A stretch of DNA of 64,000 bases, from positions 39,308,001 to 39,372,000 of the forward strand of contig OZ076409.1 of assembly GCA_964187785.1 (NCBI GenBank). The letters are read 5' to 3'. Within the stretch, counting starts at the first letter, position 1. Each line of letters begins with the position of its first letter. Shown in pieces: positions 1 through 13,300 of this stretch. This DNA comes from Amphiscolops sp. MND2022 (Eukaryota). Under the pieces are notes generated by a model. The model was given only the letters and a program-made list of their open reading frames with translations, was not told where the DNA came from and searched no databases. The translations under genes were made by a program, and so were the position numbers.

Positions 1-129
1 GTTTGGTTGTTGGCTGAGTTGCCACTTTTTGGCTGGTTGGCCGTTTCCGTTTGCTTTGGCTATTTTGTGCTTTTGGCATAATCGTTTTCGGTCTCTCCTT
101 TTCAGGGCTTTTCTCGATTTGCGTGATCA

Positions 130-2573
130 TTATATTGTGGCCATTAAACTGGCTTCTGTGCTTGGTTCTGGTTTCGCAGTTTCTTCCTTGCCGTGGGCGT
201 TACCTGTGGTTCTTCTATTTTGATGACTGGCTCCGGCGTTTTGTTTTGAGTGTTTTCTGCTTCTTCTTCTTCTTCTACTTCTTCTTCTTCTTCTGATTCC
301 ATTTCTTCGGTCTGTTCCCATATAGTGGGCCTTTTTTTCTATCTTATTCAGTTTTTGTTGCTGTTTCTTTGTCGCGTTTTGTTTCAGTTTTGTGATGGCG
401 GAATATTTCTTCGTGGTTTGTTGTTTGTTTGGTTCGTCCATTATTGCTGGTTTGGATTTTGGCGGGAAATATGCGATTTTAGTTTTTGAATCGCTCGTCA
501 CACTTTGTCCTTCATTTGTGGTTGACAACTCGCTAGTAGTTAGCAACTTGTCTGCTGTGGCCATCTGTCTCTTGTTTGCTTCATTTCAACAATACGGTTC
601 ATTTGTCACTTTGTGGCGAAAATCGCGTTTTGAGAAGGCACTTGGTTGGCTACTGCATACAGGTAAGAATGTGATGATGTGGTTGGACTGTTCCAAGAGC
701 ACCACTTTTCTCTTCTAAAATTATCCTTCCAGCTTGCAGCCGCGTGATCTTTCTTCTATCAAGGGTGGAGAATCTTTGCCCGAGTCCTAATCAGTCTCCG
801 TTAGGGAATCTTTGGGTTGTCTGAAATGCGTTTGTCACTCTTTTTGATTATTTTTTTATTATTTGGCTCTACTACCGTGTAATTTTCGAAAAGCGATTTT
901 CCCGATCTAGAAAAACTCATTCTCAAGTCGAATAATATTTCCAATAGCCCAGACTTGTCCCATTTTACGACGATCTCTTTGTTAGTTCTTAATCTTTCGT
1001 TTATTGTCCTGATAAGTCATTCAATTTTTCCGTTTCCAGGGTGATCGCTTACAGGACACTCTACATGATTTATCAGCCACCTAGTGCAAAACTCCTAAAA
1101 CTTTTTACTTCGAAAGATTGTGGCTTGGTTTGTTCTTATTGTTTTGAGAATCCCATGTCTAGCTGTATAATTTTGTAGAAACTCAATTACATTATCAGAT
1201 GTAGGTGTACATAGAAACTTCGCTTCCGGCCAACTCGAAAAATGATCAATCGATACTAGTAAGTATTTACGCGCATTTGTTGCGTTTTGGAATGGCCCCG
1301 CAAAACTTCTAGCGATTTCTTGGTTAGTTTCAGAAATGATCGGTAGTTTTCCAACTTGTTTTTGCCTTAAAACATTTTTAATATTCTTACCGGCTTCACT
1401 GCACTGCTGAAAGCAACTCTTCACTATTGCTACAACTTCTCGGTGTAATTTGGGCCACCATACACTGCTAACTGTGGAGGGCATGCTGTCCCTACCGGGA
1501 TGGCCGTAATAGAGCGATCGCATGATAATTGGCCGTACCAATATTGGAAATACAAGGCGTCCGTCCATGTACATAAACTGGTGCTCATCTAGACTGATGT
1601 AACGGGAAATCTGGCGCCATGGCGTTGGCAGCCAGTTGATTTTCGTAGAGTCTGGTTTTTTAATTAGTCCAATTATCTTTTGTAAAAACTCGTCGGACTC
1701 ATATTGGGTAGCGAATTTAAAGGGTCCCAGAATTGCAAGACTTCAATTTGTTTTATTGAATAGCATTACGGCGTTTTTATTGGATGCTTGTCAGCCTTTA
1801 GCTCTAACGCGTCGTTCATCCGTTTGCGCGCGTCCCACAAAGTTTTTTTGTTGCCTTATGCCTTCTTCAAACGTGATTGCAAACCGCAACGCTTCTTGTG
1901 GTTGTTCTTTTGGTTCTGTAGAAAGACGCTCTTGTACTGTCTTGCTCTGCATACTCTGGATAAATGCATCGATGATGAGTCCTTCTGTTTAATCTCCAAA
2001 CTCGGCTTTTGCGGGCAGTCCTGTGAGGATATTCCAAAACTGTCTCAAAGCATGATTCTGTTGTTTTCGTGCGAAAAATTATTACCGCTCCAATGTTCTA
2101 TTTCGTGGCTTGTAGAATGACTGATTGCAGTTTTTTGAATTCTGCTAATATCGCTATGGATACTGTCATGTATGGGAGTTTGTCTGTCAAATCCTTTCGG
2201 CCGGCCACACCAAGTGATAGGAATAGTATGCTGGCAACTTTCCGCCCTGCAACCTGTTCGTTTAAGTTGTTCAAAAGTGTTGCCTGTCGCTGGTTATTTT
2301 TTGTAGGGGTTCTGAGTAACTCAGTTACTGGTGTTGCATGTTTGGCATTTACTGCCATTACGAAAAGTTCACACCACTTTTCCCATTCTGCTTAAGGTGG
2401 TACTTCTGAGCACTCCCAATAAGCTAGCACTCCCATCAGAGATGCCGAACTGCTTGTGGTTTGCTTCCCGCTGGATTCAAAAGAATTGTCTCGCAGCGCC
2501 ATGTTAAACCTGAGCTAAACTGCCGAAGAGTTGACAAAACTGATTGAGCTGATAACACTGTATTTCTGTCACA
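130..2573 (-). mobile_element. Decayed, internally deleted Ty3/Gypsy LTR retrotransposon (gag and integrase remnants)
   Basis: Minus strand: LTR-like end ...TTTAACA (2502) followed directly by a PBS-like TGGCGCTGCGAG (2501-2490). Gag-like segment LIIDAFIQSMQSKTVQERLSTEPKEQPQEALRFAITFEEG (~1860-1980). Integrase remnant 1095-1574 (HPGRDSM..WWPKL..C, LLVSIDHFSSWPEA, IRTNQATIF). Low-complexity tail 130-564. No PR/RT/RH recognisable. The LTR outer boundary is uncertain. Confidence 0.8.
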
Positions 2574-3505
2574 TTATGTGGCAAATAGTCACTCGCAATT
2601 TTTTGATTGATACACTTTCAGTTTGTAAACAACATTATAATAAAGTGTTCAACGACCTGCTCCTTTTTGACAAAGTTTAGATTAGAAAGTGTTCGAGAGT
2701 GCACTCTCTCACAAGCAGAAATATACGCTGGGACGAGCTAAATTTGAAAAAAGGCCCCTTTTTCAACGCAAACTTTGTCCGCTATAAAATCTAATGAGCA
2801 ACTTGTAACTGACAGTCAAAGTTATGGATAGGATTATGTCGACATCAATTATTTTTATGGACCAAAATTTCAACGCAAACGATGTCGACATAATGGTATT
2901 TGAACCTACTGTCTTATTCCCTAGCCCCCCCCCGCCGTAGTTTAGTGGGAATAGATGGCATGGTCCCTAATTTTGAATTATTCTACATATCAAAAGTTTT
3001 TGATCAAATTCTTTGCGAAACAATTTGGGAAAACATTCTTGAACTCGTGGAAAAGTCATGTTATATGCAACCTTCGATCAATTATCGCTCGAATATAAAA
3101 CAAACTAGGCATCACTTGAACAAATCTAAACTTTTTATTCTTTCGATTGGGAATACTTCCACAGAAATTGAGTAGAAAAACTCTGTTGAGAACTCCTCAA
3201 AATTGTTAAAATCTAACTATTTTGCATTCATTGTCACTTTTGGACCGTCACTTTTTGACAATAGAAAAGGAAAACGCGAAAATCTACCGCACACACAACT
3301 GATTTTGATTTTAAGTAAAATAATTTTCAGAAACATCTTGATTGGAAGCCAGGAAAATGAATTTCTAACAGTTGGAAATGTTCGGCAGGTGGATAGAAAA
3401 AGCGAAAAAAAACTAGGCCACATCCAATACTGCTTCGGAAGAAATTGTTTCCTGGTACACTTCACTACATGTAGATAACAAGTATGATGTAAACATAATA
3501 ATGCA

Positions 3506-6500
3506 TTAATAACCCATTTGCTGCACGAGTATCGGGCTGCAGCATTCAAGAAGAATAGTCACAAGAAATCGTCCATCACACTTTAGGTACTTGCTAAGAA
3601 ATGACGTCACTTTTTGATTGTCAGCTTGGGCCGCAAAGTGGCCACCATTTTCAAACTTTCTAGTTCCCTCTGTTGACTTCAGCGTACCAAGGATAGAGTT
3701 GATGTTGTTTGAATTTGAGCAACAAAAACAGCGTTTGAGCCACACGCCAAAACCCAATAAATTCAACATACTCAGGACTACGAACCAGATCCAAATGCAG
3801 AAAAATAACTTCTCGTACATATCCATTACATGCAGTTGACATTGGAACATGTGGTCATAACTGTTTCCTGAAACATCAAATCTATTACGTAACTTTAATA
3901 GCTAAATATATCAGCCAAAAAACAACATATTTTTAAATGTTCCGAAAAATTAGAATATTAATTACGCTAAATATTCTGAAGTTGCTGATCTAAGTGCACT
4001 GAGATTATTTGAATTTTTGTTTCCTTTGCATTCAAGCTGTCTAGGAGCTGTATCTACAGCTTAAAAAGTTAAGGGACAATATTTATACCTCTAATGCTTT
4101 ATATGAACCGCCAAAATATGGTATCTTAGAAGAGAAGTTGTAACGGAAATGAACAAGTAGGTTAACTTCATTTCGCAGGAATAAAAGGCAATATAGGCTT
4201 TCAACCATAAAAGTTAACATCCAGGATAATCTGGGAAACACTATGATCCAGCTAAGTTGAGTGGTTTTGTAGATCAAGTGAAAATGTGAAATATCCAAAT
4301 ATATTTCCAAGTGAACTTGCAATGGATTCGCTCAATTTTATGAACATAAGTTTTACTCCAAAAGTGTCAACCAATTAAATCTTCTAACCAAATAAAAATT
4401 GAAAAATACGAACCGTTCAATTGCTTCAAAGTCATGTAACAGAACACTTCTTTTTTCAACATTTCAGTTGACCAAGGAGTAATGTTGAAGAAATCACGAA
4501 ATGTCTCCGAGTATGTCATCAGATCATAGCCATAACTCAGAAAGTTAACATTTATCAGCCAACTGAAGAAGCCCCACACGTAAAAAGGGATCACGATATG
4601 AAGCAACTTCATTTCCAAGTAAGCCAATTGTAGAAGCACTCGACACCTCACAGGGCAAATGAAGGAACTCTGAAAAGTTTTTACATTTGATTCAACATAT
4701 GAAACTACTCATGAATTTCATTATGAATTTAAAAAATGATATGATTAAAAAATGAACATAAACCAAAATTGACAGCTGAAAAAATACAAGAAAACTTACA
4801 AATAAATGCATTTTAATTTTTTTCACTTTTATCTAACATCGATGTTAATCTGTTTCCAACCATCTTCCGAGTTCAAAATTCTTCACGTATTAAAAAATTG
4901 TAAACATAAAATCCATGAGAATATATGGATTATTATATAATTATTATATATATTAGAAAAGTTCTGAAACTTTCTAACCGACTTTATTCCAGCATTGAGG
5001 TACATATCAATCTGTTGGGCAGCCACTTCGGCTCTATTACGAAAATGAACTTCATCCTGTTCTGTTGAAACATTGTCCAAAACTTTCTTCAGTAGGTCCA
5101 CACTTAGACCGAGGAATCTGCTGATAGATTTCAATTCCAATATAGGGAGGAGAAATATGACGCCTAAAATAATTAATCATCCATTGTAAAAACAGATTGA
5201 AGCGTAAACGGTGGATGCCACTGGAACTCGCATATTTGAGCAAAGATTGAAAAACTAACAAAAATGTTTGAAAAATGAGTTGAAAAACTGATTGGAGCTC
5301 TTCATCTTTTTTCAGGTGTACAATAATTATCTTCCGCCCACATAAATTGGGGAAAAAATCATGATCTGTGTTGCCATAAATTGATCTGTGATCTGTTTTT
5401 TTTTCTAAATTCTGCCATAACTCCACTCTTCACTTCACTCTTCTCTACACTCTCTCACTCCACGTCACTTAGTTACTTGCCTATTTTTAGTAACTTGACT
5501 TTTTTACGAGTAACTATATGGCGCAGTTGGTAGTGCGTGTGCCTGCCATGCACAAGGTCATGGGTTCGAACTTGTGCTGATTTTTAGCGGAAAATATCCC
5601 GGTGCTTAGCAGGCGTCTTGTTTTCCTATAATTTCTGCTAACTATCAGAGTTCAACTACAAAAATACCCTAGTCGAAAGTGCTCGAAACATTTACATAAT
5701 TTTATAGGTTGCAAGGCAAATTTATTAGGTTTTTGGGAGTTACTTAGAGAAATTTTCATGCTCAATATTTTCATGCTGCGTCACTAATTTTTCAGGTATT
5801 TATCAAGATTTCTCTGCAACTTTCAAAGCAACATCAAGGAAATTAAAGACAAAACACACGCGAAATTTGCAAGTTTTCGCGGGGAAAATCTCAATTTTTG
5901 TAAGCGCAGACGCTACAATATGACATAAACAAATATTCAACTAACGCCAGTGTGGCAATCAAATTCGTACAACTGGAATTTTTTTCAGTGGAATATTTTT
6001 TGCATGAAAACTGTCGGAATAGGCAATATTCATCACTTTTTGTGTTTGAAAAAACAAAAACATTCCCATAATAAAGTTCTACACAGCTTTTTTAGGGAAC
6101 TATAGAGCGGAATATCAGAATGAGGCAATTTTGATTGGTTGAAATTTCAATTTTTTTTGATTGATTTGAATTTTTCCCATTGGACTGACTTTTTGATGAA
6201 CTACACTAGGTTTCAAGATGAACAGAAAGCGTTTGAATAGGTTTTCCAAAGTTGTTGCAGGTTTACCCGTACCGAGGTCCCATGCGATCCCATATATGGG
6301 ATCGCATGGTCCATGTAAAAAGTCACATCCCATGCACGGCCAAGCATGGACCATGCATGGCCATGCATGGGACTAATCGTGAAAATTGAAAAACTTCAAA
6401 TCGCGAAAAAAAGTTTTGAATTCATTTTTTTTTGAAAACTTGAAGTTGCGTCAAAGAAAAACTTCCATTTGAAAAAAAAATCTAACTTTGAAAAATTCGA

Positions 6501-8448
6501 AGTTGATTGATGGACGCGGCCATTTTGAACTTTATGATTTTTGGTTGTCATCCTTTATTTCAGAGCAAGGGAAGCAGGAAGCTCTCCTCCACATAATGCT
6601 GGGGCCCTTAGATAGGAGTGACAGATATCACAATTTGAGCGGACTTTCTTGAGCGGAATTTCACGGCGGACTCTTGTTTTTCTCGTATCGATCTTTCGCT
6701 TCTCATCCTCGTCACCGTCGTAATCAAAACCATCGAAAAAGTTTTGAAACGAAGAAATGTGGACGAACTAATAAAGTTTGGTTTTTAGAGATTGATGTTG
6801 TCAGATTTGGAATTAATTGAAGGTCTGACGAAAAACACGAGAAATTATGTCTATGATGGCTACATATTAGACGTTATTCCTTTGACATTTTTTTGGGTCT
6901 TATGAGATGTTTTTTTTTCAGATCCATGAATAATGAATGTTCACGATAGTAAATTTATTTCAACTCATCGTCCCAAAAGAACTTTCTTGGTAAGATTGTA
7001 TACATTGTGTATAAGAAATTTCGTCAAGTTCCTAATTTTAGGTCCTGAGAAATAGATGAAAATGTTCAAAAAATATGTCAAAAATCACGACTTTCCTAAT
7101 CACAATTCATCTAATTTCTCAAAACCTATTGACATGGTTACGCTATGAGGTCCACGTGTTACATGGTCCACCTTATGAGGATCGTGTGTATAAAATTTCA
7201 TCAATTTCCTATTTATAGGATCTGAGAAATAGCCAAAAATGATTGAAAAAATGCTAGAAATTGCGATTTTTCATCTCAAATTCATTATAATCTCAGGAAC
7301 TATCGAGACGATTTTGCTCAAACTTTCCACAATTGTTCTACATTTTATGAGGATTGTGTATAAGAAGTTTCGTCAAGTTCCTAATTTTAGGTCCTGAGGC
7401 TTTCCCCCAATATGCTTTTTACCCAATCTCTGAGGGCACATTTCTAACATTGTTTCTGAATTGAATATTTTTACTGAATTTTTTTCATCTCAGAAAAGGC
7501 CATAGATAAGTTTTTAATTAAGCCAGGTGTTTCATTGCCTTTCTAGAAGTCGTTTTCGGGCGTTTTTGCGATTGCTTTTCCCCTCAAAACCATGCATGGC
7601 CATGCATGGTCCATGCATGGCCATGCAATTCCATGCTTAAAAGTGACATGGTCATGCATGGTCCATGCATTGACCATGCATGGGATTAGCATGGACCATG
7701 CATGGGATCGCATGGGACCTCAGTACGGGTAAGATCGATCGGAGCCTTCGTTTTCTTGCTTCCCAATTTTTAAGAATTTCTGTAAACCGCTTGGAAGTTT
7801 TTTCAAAGTGCATGGAAGTGTTTCAAGCATTTTACAAACTGCTTGGAAGTTTTATAAAATTTTTCCATTGCATGCTCCCTGAATTTTCCATGTTTTAGCC
7901 TACATGCTTCCATGTAGCATGTAAAACGTTCAAGCAATCTCGACTAGGGTAGTCATATGTTCAAATATTCCATTAAACTACCCTCAGGTGTCTGTAATAA
8001 TTCGCTTTAGATTGTGCATACCGACATCGTTTTTCTCAAATTTATTGGCAGTAAGGCACAGCTATCGCTTCGCAAGTACAGCTATATCGCGCTATTCAGG
8101 AAATAATGACGAATTAATTGCGTGATAAAACAGCCGATTTTCAAAACCGGATAAAATACCCAATGCATATGTAAGAAAATCAATTCATTTTACAAAGGTA
8201 ACAAGTTAAATTTGACAACGATGGAAGATGAAAGAATTTGACAAAAAATGGGCTGAAAGAACCTGTGGATAAAAGGGCAACTGATATCCATCTGTATGGA
8301 ATGACAACAGGCACCATCTTTGTGTCATAATTCCCCGGCTCTTCAACTTTGATGTACTCGTGAAGTTCGGACGCCCAGCAGTGGCTGAGAGTATAGGCTA
8401 CCCAGTTGTGAGAAAATTGTTCAGGTGTCCAGCAGCTGATGGGGCTCC
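3506..8448 (-). CDS. Innexin (gap-junction/pannexin family), partial multi-exon gene; 5' exon(s) not resolved
   Basis: Four GT-AG exons join in frame: 8448-8263 (GSPISCWTPEQFSHNWVAYTLSHCW...PYRWISVALLST), 5163-4979 (GVIFLLP...), 4669-4414 (AYLEMKLL...FLSYG...VFCYM) and 3867-3514/3506 (FQCQL..MYEKLFFCIWIWF...YLKCDGRFL). These carry the paired Cys of both extracellular loops, the TM2 proline and the C-tail DG motif typical of innexins. Confidence 0.88.
5517..5630 (+). mobile_element. tRNA-derived (Gly-GCC-like) SINE-type repeat head
   Basis: A-box-like TGGCGCAGTTGG, stem-loop GTGC-CTGCCAT-GCAC and B-box GGTTCGAAC, but no acceptor stem. It is followed by GCGGAAAATATCCCGGTGCTTAGC..GCGTCTTGT, which recurs at ~60640-60680 together with the same upstream CT-rich flank. 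Confidence 0.55.
6266..7729. mobile_element. Non-autonomous TIR DNA transposon (CCC...GGG termini, TA duplication, subterminal CCATGCATGG arrays)
   Basis: Left end CCCGTACCGAGGTCCCATGCGATCCCAT matches the reverse complement of the right end with 1 mismatch in 28. TA flanks both sides (6264-6265, 7730-7731). It lies in an innexin intron. Confidence 0.85.
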
Positions 8449-8471
8449 CTAGAACAAACCGGATTGGTCAA

Positions 8472-8785
8472 AGGAATCTTTTCTCTTAATCCCCCCACCA
8501 ATTTAATTCCCCCCTGTTAGCAGGGCTACGAGATGCTAACACTTTGATTTTAGACGAAAATTATGCGGATACAACCTTGACACTTATTATTTTGGCTGCA
8601 ATTTTACCAAAAAAAGGGGACCCCCCAGTTAAGCGGTCAAGTGAAATTATCATTGAATTAATAGTAACAACCAATCAAATTGCAGTATTTCATAAATCTA
8701 ACTGCAACTGAAACTCATCGCTGATAGTGGTGGGGAATTAAAGGTTGCGCGCTTACTGTGGGGGGGGGATCAACAGAAAAGATCC
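8472..8785. mobile_element. Short MITE-like repeat (GGATCTTTT...AAAAGATCC), here interrupted by ~100 bp of another repeat
   Basis: Core CAGTTAAGCGGTCAAGTGAA...CTAACTGCAACTGAAACTCATCGCTGATAGTGGTGGGGAATT recurs at 37968-38163 and ~56795-57000. The insert 8522-8620 recurs at 15841-15940. Confidence 0.65.
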
Positions 8786-9176
8786 GGTCAAAGTTTTTCA
8801 CGAATAAAATGACTCATGAAAGACCGCATGTCGATGTTTTGAAATTTTTCCACAAATACCAGACAGATTTGATATTCCGAGTAATTTTGCTATATTTCCA
8901 TGCTCTTTGCTCTTTGGATAGCTTTTAGTTATTTCAATAATAATTTAGGTCTTTAGCTATAGTCAAATAAAATTAGATGCTCTTTTCTACATTTCCAGGT
9001 AGATTTTGTAAAGATGTATCATTATCGAGCGTTTCCCATCTTGACGCATGCTTGACACATTCAATGAACTCAAACCTAAAATCAATCTACCGCCTATAAA
9101 ATTACTGGTCTTTAGAAATCTGACGACCCGGGTCGACACTCCATGGATATCTTAGTAAGATCTTGGCAAGATCTTG

Positions 9177-9340
9177 TGTAGAGTGAGCTTAGAGGTCAGA
9201 CATTACATAATGATATGATGTAATTATATTAAAAGTACCTGCTAAAAAACTGCTAGCCACATTGATATATCATTTAGTATCTATACAATAAAGCTCGAAT
9301 TCAGTATTGACCTCTTATACTATTTTGTTATTTTCGAAGT
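9177..9340 (+). repeat. 5' LTR (3'-truncated) of the small Gypsy element
   Basis: Matches 14674-~14838 with about 6 differences; similarity stops after TTCGAAGT. The LTR end, PBS and leader are absent. Confidence 0.9.
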
Positions 9341-9344
9341 CGGA

Positions 9345-10337
9345 ATGGCTTCAAGTTGTCAAAAAACTATTACGAACGAGGCGACGGGACCAAATTCTTC
9401 CAGTGAAGAATCTGAGAGAAAGGGTAGAAAACCCCACCGAACGATTACACTACCCATATTCGAAAAGAAGACCATACAAGAAGCGAAACTATGGTGGAGA
9501 AGATTCATACAATACGTCAAGATGACTCGAGATATCGACTTGAACAATATGACAACTGATAAAGAAATTTTACCCGAATTTCGAGAAGAACTGGGAATGA
9601 AAATCAAAGATATATTCATCTGGGCATTGGGAGAAGCTGCAGTGACGGAGATGACAAAAACGGTAAGAGACAAGGACCCAAATAAGATGAATGTCAATCA
9701 GTTGTATGCTTTGTTTCGACTCCATTTCATACCCGAAAGAAGTAAATTCCATTGTCGGGCCGACTTATTTGGAATAACAAGGGAACCAAATGAATCGGCA
9801 GAAGATGTCTGGACAAGGATCTTGCAAACAGAGAAAAACTGTGAATTTGATAGAGTAACTCCAGCGGAACTAATTGCATCGAAGTTCCTATCCCTCATCG
9901 GAAGATCTACGGGGGATTACGAGTTGAAGAAAAAGATCCGGAAAAGTGACATGACAAAAGAAACAATAACGGACTTGATACGTGAATACATGTATGATCG
10001 GCTAAACGATTCAAACATTTCAAACAACGAAAGAGATGTCAAACATGTGCAAGAACGGCCACAAAAAAAGTGGCAAGAAAAACCAGTTACGAGAAAAACA
10101 AAAGAAGACCGGAGTACAACAAAGAATGGTACAAAGATAACCGATGCGACCATTATGGAACACCAAACTGGACAAGACAACATATATGTCCCGCCAAATC
10201 CGTTGAATGCAGAAACTCTAGAAAGAGAGGACAATACCAAAAGATGTGCCGTATACCTAAAAGAATACAGTATGTGGATAAAACAACATCATCAGCGAAA
10301 GAAGATAACTGGGATTATGACAATATCCAGAAAATAA
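9345..10337 (+). CDS. gag: Gag (frameshifted before the zinc knuckle)
   Basis: 330-aa ORF LPIFEKKTIQEAKLWWRRFIQY...CEF. The CCHC-like CDHYGTPNWTRQHIC / CRNSRKRGQYQKMC segment continues in the 10070 frame. Confidence 0.85.
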   Translation: MASSCQKTITNEATGPNSSSEESERKGRKPHRTITLPIFEKKTIQEAKLWWRRFIQYVKMTRDIDLNNMTTDKEILPEFREELGMKIKDIFIWALGEAAVTEMTKTVRDKDPNKMNVNQLYALFRLHFIPERSKFHCRADLFGITREPNESAEDVWTRILQTEKNCEFDRVTPAELIASKFLSLIGRSTGDYELKKKIRKSDMTKETITDLIREYMYDRLNDSNISNNERDVKHVQERPQKKWQEKPVTRKTKEDRSTTKNGTKITDATIMEHQTGQDNIYVPPNPLNAETLEREDNTKRCAVYLKEYSMWIKQHHQRKKITGIMTISRK

Positions 10338-13300
10338 ACAACAGCAAAACGAAAAACGATTACATCTATGTAACCCTATTGGTTAACAACGCACCAACAA
10401 AATTCATCATAGACAGTGGCTCCACAGTTATACTAATACCCCAACGCTTGTTCAACGAAGTAACAAAGGTGGAGAAAATGAACAACGACTACATAGATGT
10501 AAATGACAACAAGATAGAATTCATCGGACAAACAAATGCAACGGTGAATACAAACACAACCACACTACAACTGGCGCTACTAATTACAAAAGCAAACATA
10601 ACACCGTTAATGGGACTAGACTGGATGAAACAGCTGAAAATAACAATCAAATCAAACTCTAAAGCTATCAAAATACATAACATAAGAATGGACGAAAACG
10701 ATAAGAGGATTCTGAGACTGAAGAACGAATTCAAAGACTTGTTCTACAACAACACCGAAATAAAGGACACGGTAGTCAAGATAAATCTAAAAGAAAATGC
10801 GAACATTATACAACAAAAAAGAAAAACTAATACCAATACACTTACAAGACCAAGTAGCCGAAGAACTGAAGAGATTGATAAAAAACGGAGATCTGGAAAG
10901 GGCAACAGAAATTAACGAAGATTGTTTCGAAAGCCCTGCAGTGATAACGGTAAAGAAAGACAAATCAATAAAAATTGCACTGGACTCAAGAAAATTAAAC
11001 GAAGCAACAATCAGACGAAAAGCACAAATGCCAAACATGGAAGAATTAATATCAAGAATAACAAGAAAGATATCGGAAGTAAAAGAAGGCGAAATATACA
11101 TAACAAAACTGGACTTCGATTACGCATACGGCCAACTCAGACTAGATGAACAAACAAGAAATTTGTGCATATTCACGGTCACAGGCGGAGAATTCACTGG
11201 ATACTACCGTTTCTTAAAAGGATTCTATGGACTGGCAAATATACCGACTATCTTTCAGGAACGGATAGACAAAACACTCGAATTCAAACACCCCGCTTGG
11301 TTGGACAACATAAAAATTGTCACCAAATGAAGCGCAGAAAAAAACGAAGCGGAGATCAAAGAAACGATAAAAAATTTGGAAGAAGCAGGATACAAACTAA
11401 ACGCGAAAAAATGCGAATTTTTCAAGAAAGAAGCAGAGTGGATTGGGCACAAAATAGACCACAACGGAGTACGACCCCTACAAGATAAACTGGAAGCAAT
11501 AACAAAAATTGAAATACCGAAAAACTATAACGAATTAAAATCCTTCTTGGGGGCGATACAAAATTTATCGAAGTATATAGAAAATCTGTCGGCGCAGACA
11601 GATGTACTCAGAAAACTACTGAAAAAACAAAACAAGTGGGAGTGGACAGAAGAACATACAAACGCCTTCAACAATCTCAAAAAACTGATAACCCAATTAC
11701 CATACCTAGCACATTATAACCCGAAAAGCGAAAATATCCTAACAACAGACGCAAGCACAACGGGACTGGGAGCCACACTATGGCAGAAACAGAAAGACGG
11801 AAATTTAAAACCGATCGGATTCGCCAGCAGATTTTTCTCGGATATGGAAAAGAAATATGCGATAAACGAACTGGAATTGCTGGCAGTAGTGTGGGGATTG
11901 GAACATGTTCGGTTATATATTTATGGTAGACTGACAGAAATATTAACCGATCATCAAGCGCTGGAACCATTATTCAAAAAAATAGATCGAAAAAAACTTA
12001 CAGCGCAAGATTAACAAGATGGTTAGACAGATTAGCGCATTTCGATATTCAAATAAAGCACGTTGCAGGCAAACATCTGAAATTAACAGACTACCTAAGC
12101 AGAAATCGAATCTCAAATCCGGAGCCAATAGAAAATTACGATGAAGAATACGTAAATTGCATTATTATCCCCTTACTGGAGTTATCCCCTTATTATCTTC
12201 TTACTTAGTATCAATTGCATAATCCCCTTACTGGAGTTCATAAATAGTTACGGTAGCATCACCGTTGAAAGAGAAACAACGACGCGAACGAACCAAATGA
12301 ACTCACACAAAACGAACAACCAACCGAATTCAAGATACGTGCTGAAGCTACAAACGAATAACAACCAACAACAGGATCGCAGTTCGTTGATGCCACAACA
12401 AAATTCAGTTTACACTCATCGTTACAAAGACAAACAAACTCGAAACAACAAAATGGATCTTAAAATAGTAGAAGCAATTGAAAAAGAAGACCCCTCCGAA
12501 GAAACATTGAAACTAACAACTCGATGCAAGGAAATAACAAAACCTGGAGATTACCGCTACAACCAGGGACAATGGAAAAGATACAACCCTCCAAGAACAT
12601 TGAAAGCAGAACAAAAGAATATTGAAATCGAACTTTGGCAAAGAAAAAACAAGCTCTTGTGGCGAAGAATGGAAGGAATGAACAAGGAGACGCAAGAAGA
12701 AATTGAACGAAAAAGAGAGTTCCACAGAGTAATAGACAAAATACGAAACCTACAAAAGCCAAATGAAACCGCACAAGGAACAAGCCGACAACAAACGGGA
12801 GAAATACAACCAGACTCAGAAATACCGGAACTCGAAGACGCAGAAACAATGTCATCCGGTTCAGAAAACACAATCGCTGTACCGGCAATAAATTTCAAAC
12901 GATACTTGGGCGCAACCGGTGTCAGATATAAAAACATGGGAAAGGCCAGAAAAATACAAATAAACAGCGACTGGGATCTGGAAGAAACCGTTCGTCAAGT
13001 GGAGCAAAAATTCGCTACATATCTGAAAACCATCGCGGGGGAAACGACAAACGACGAGAAATTACTCAAAATACTGGTATGCATAGAGCGAAAAACAATG
13101 GAACAAATACCAGAAGAGTCCAAAGGACACACAAAACATTTATCAACGAGATTCGGCGTCGTCTTCTACGACGACAAAATAATAATCCCGCAAACACTGA
13201 GAAGGACAATAATTACTTTACTCCACAAAAAACACCCGGCAATCAACAAAATGTCCGCGGCAGCAAAACCATTTTGGTAATTAGAACTACAAAGGAACGG

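Noticed and set aside
5517-5580. Functional tRNA-Gly gene
   Set aside because: No acceptor stem can be formed and the sequence continues into a dispersed repeat.
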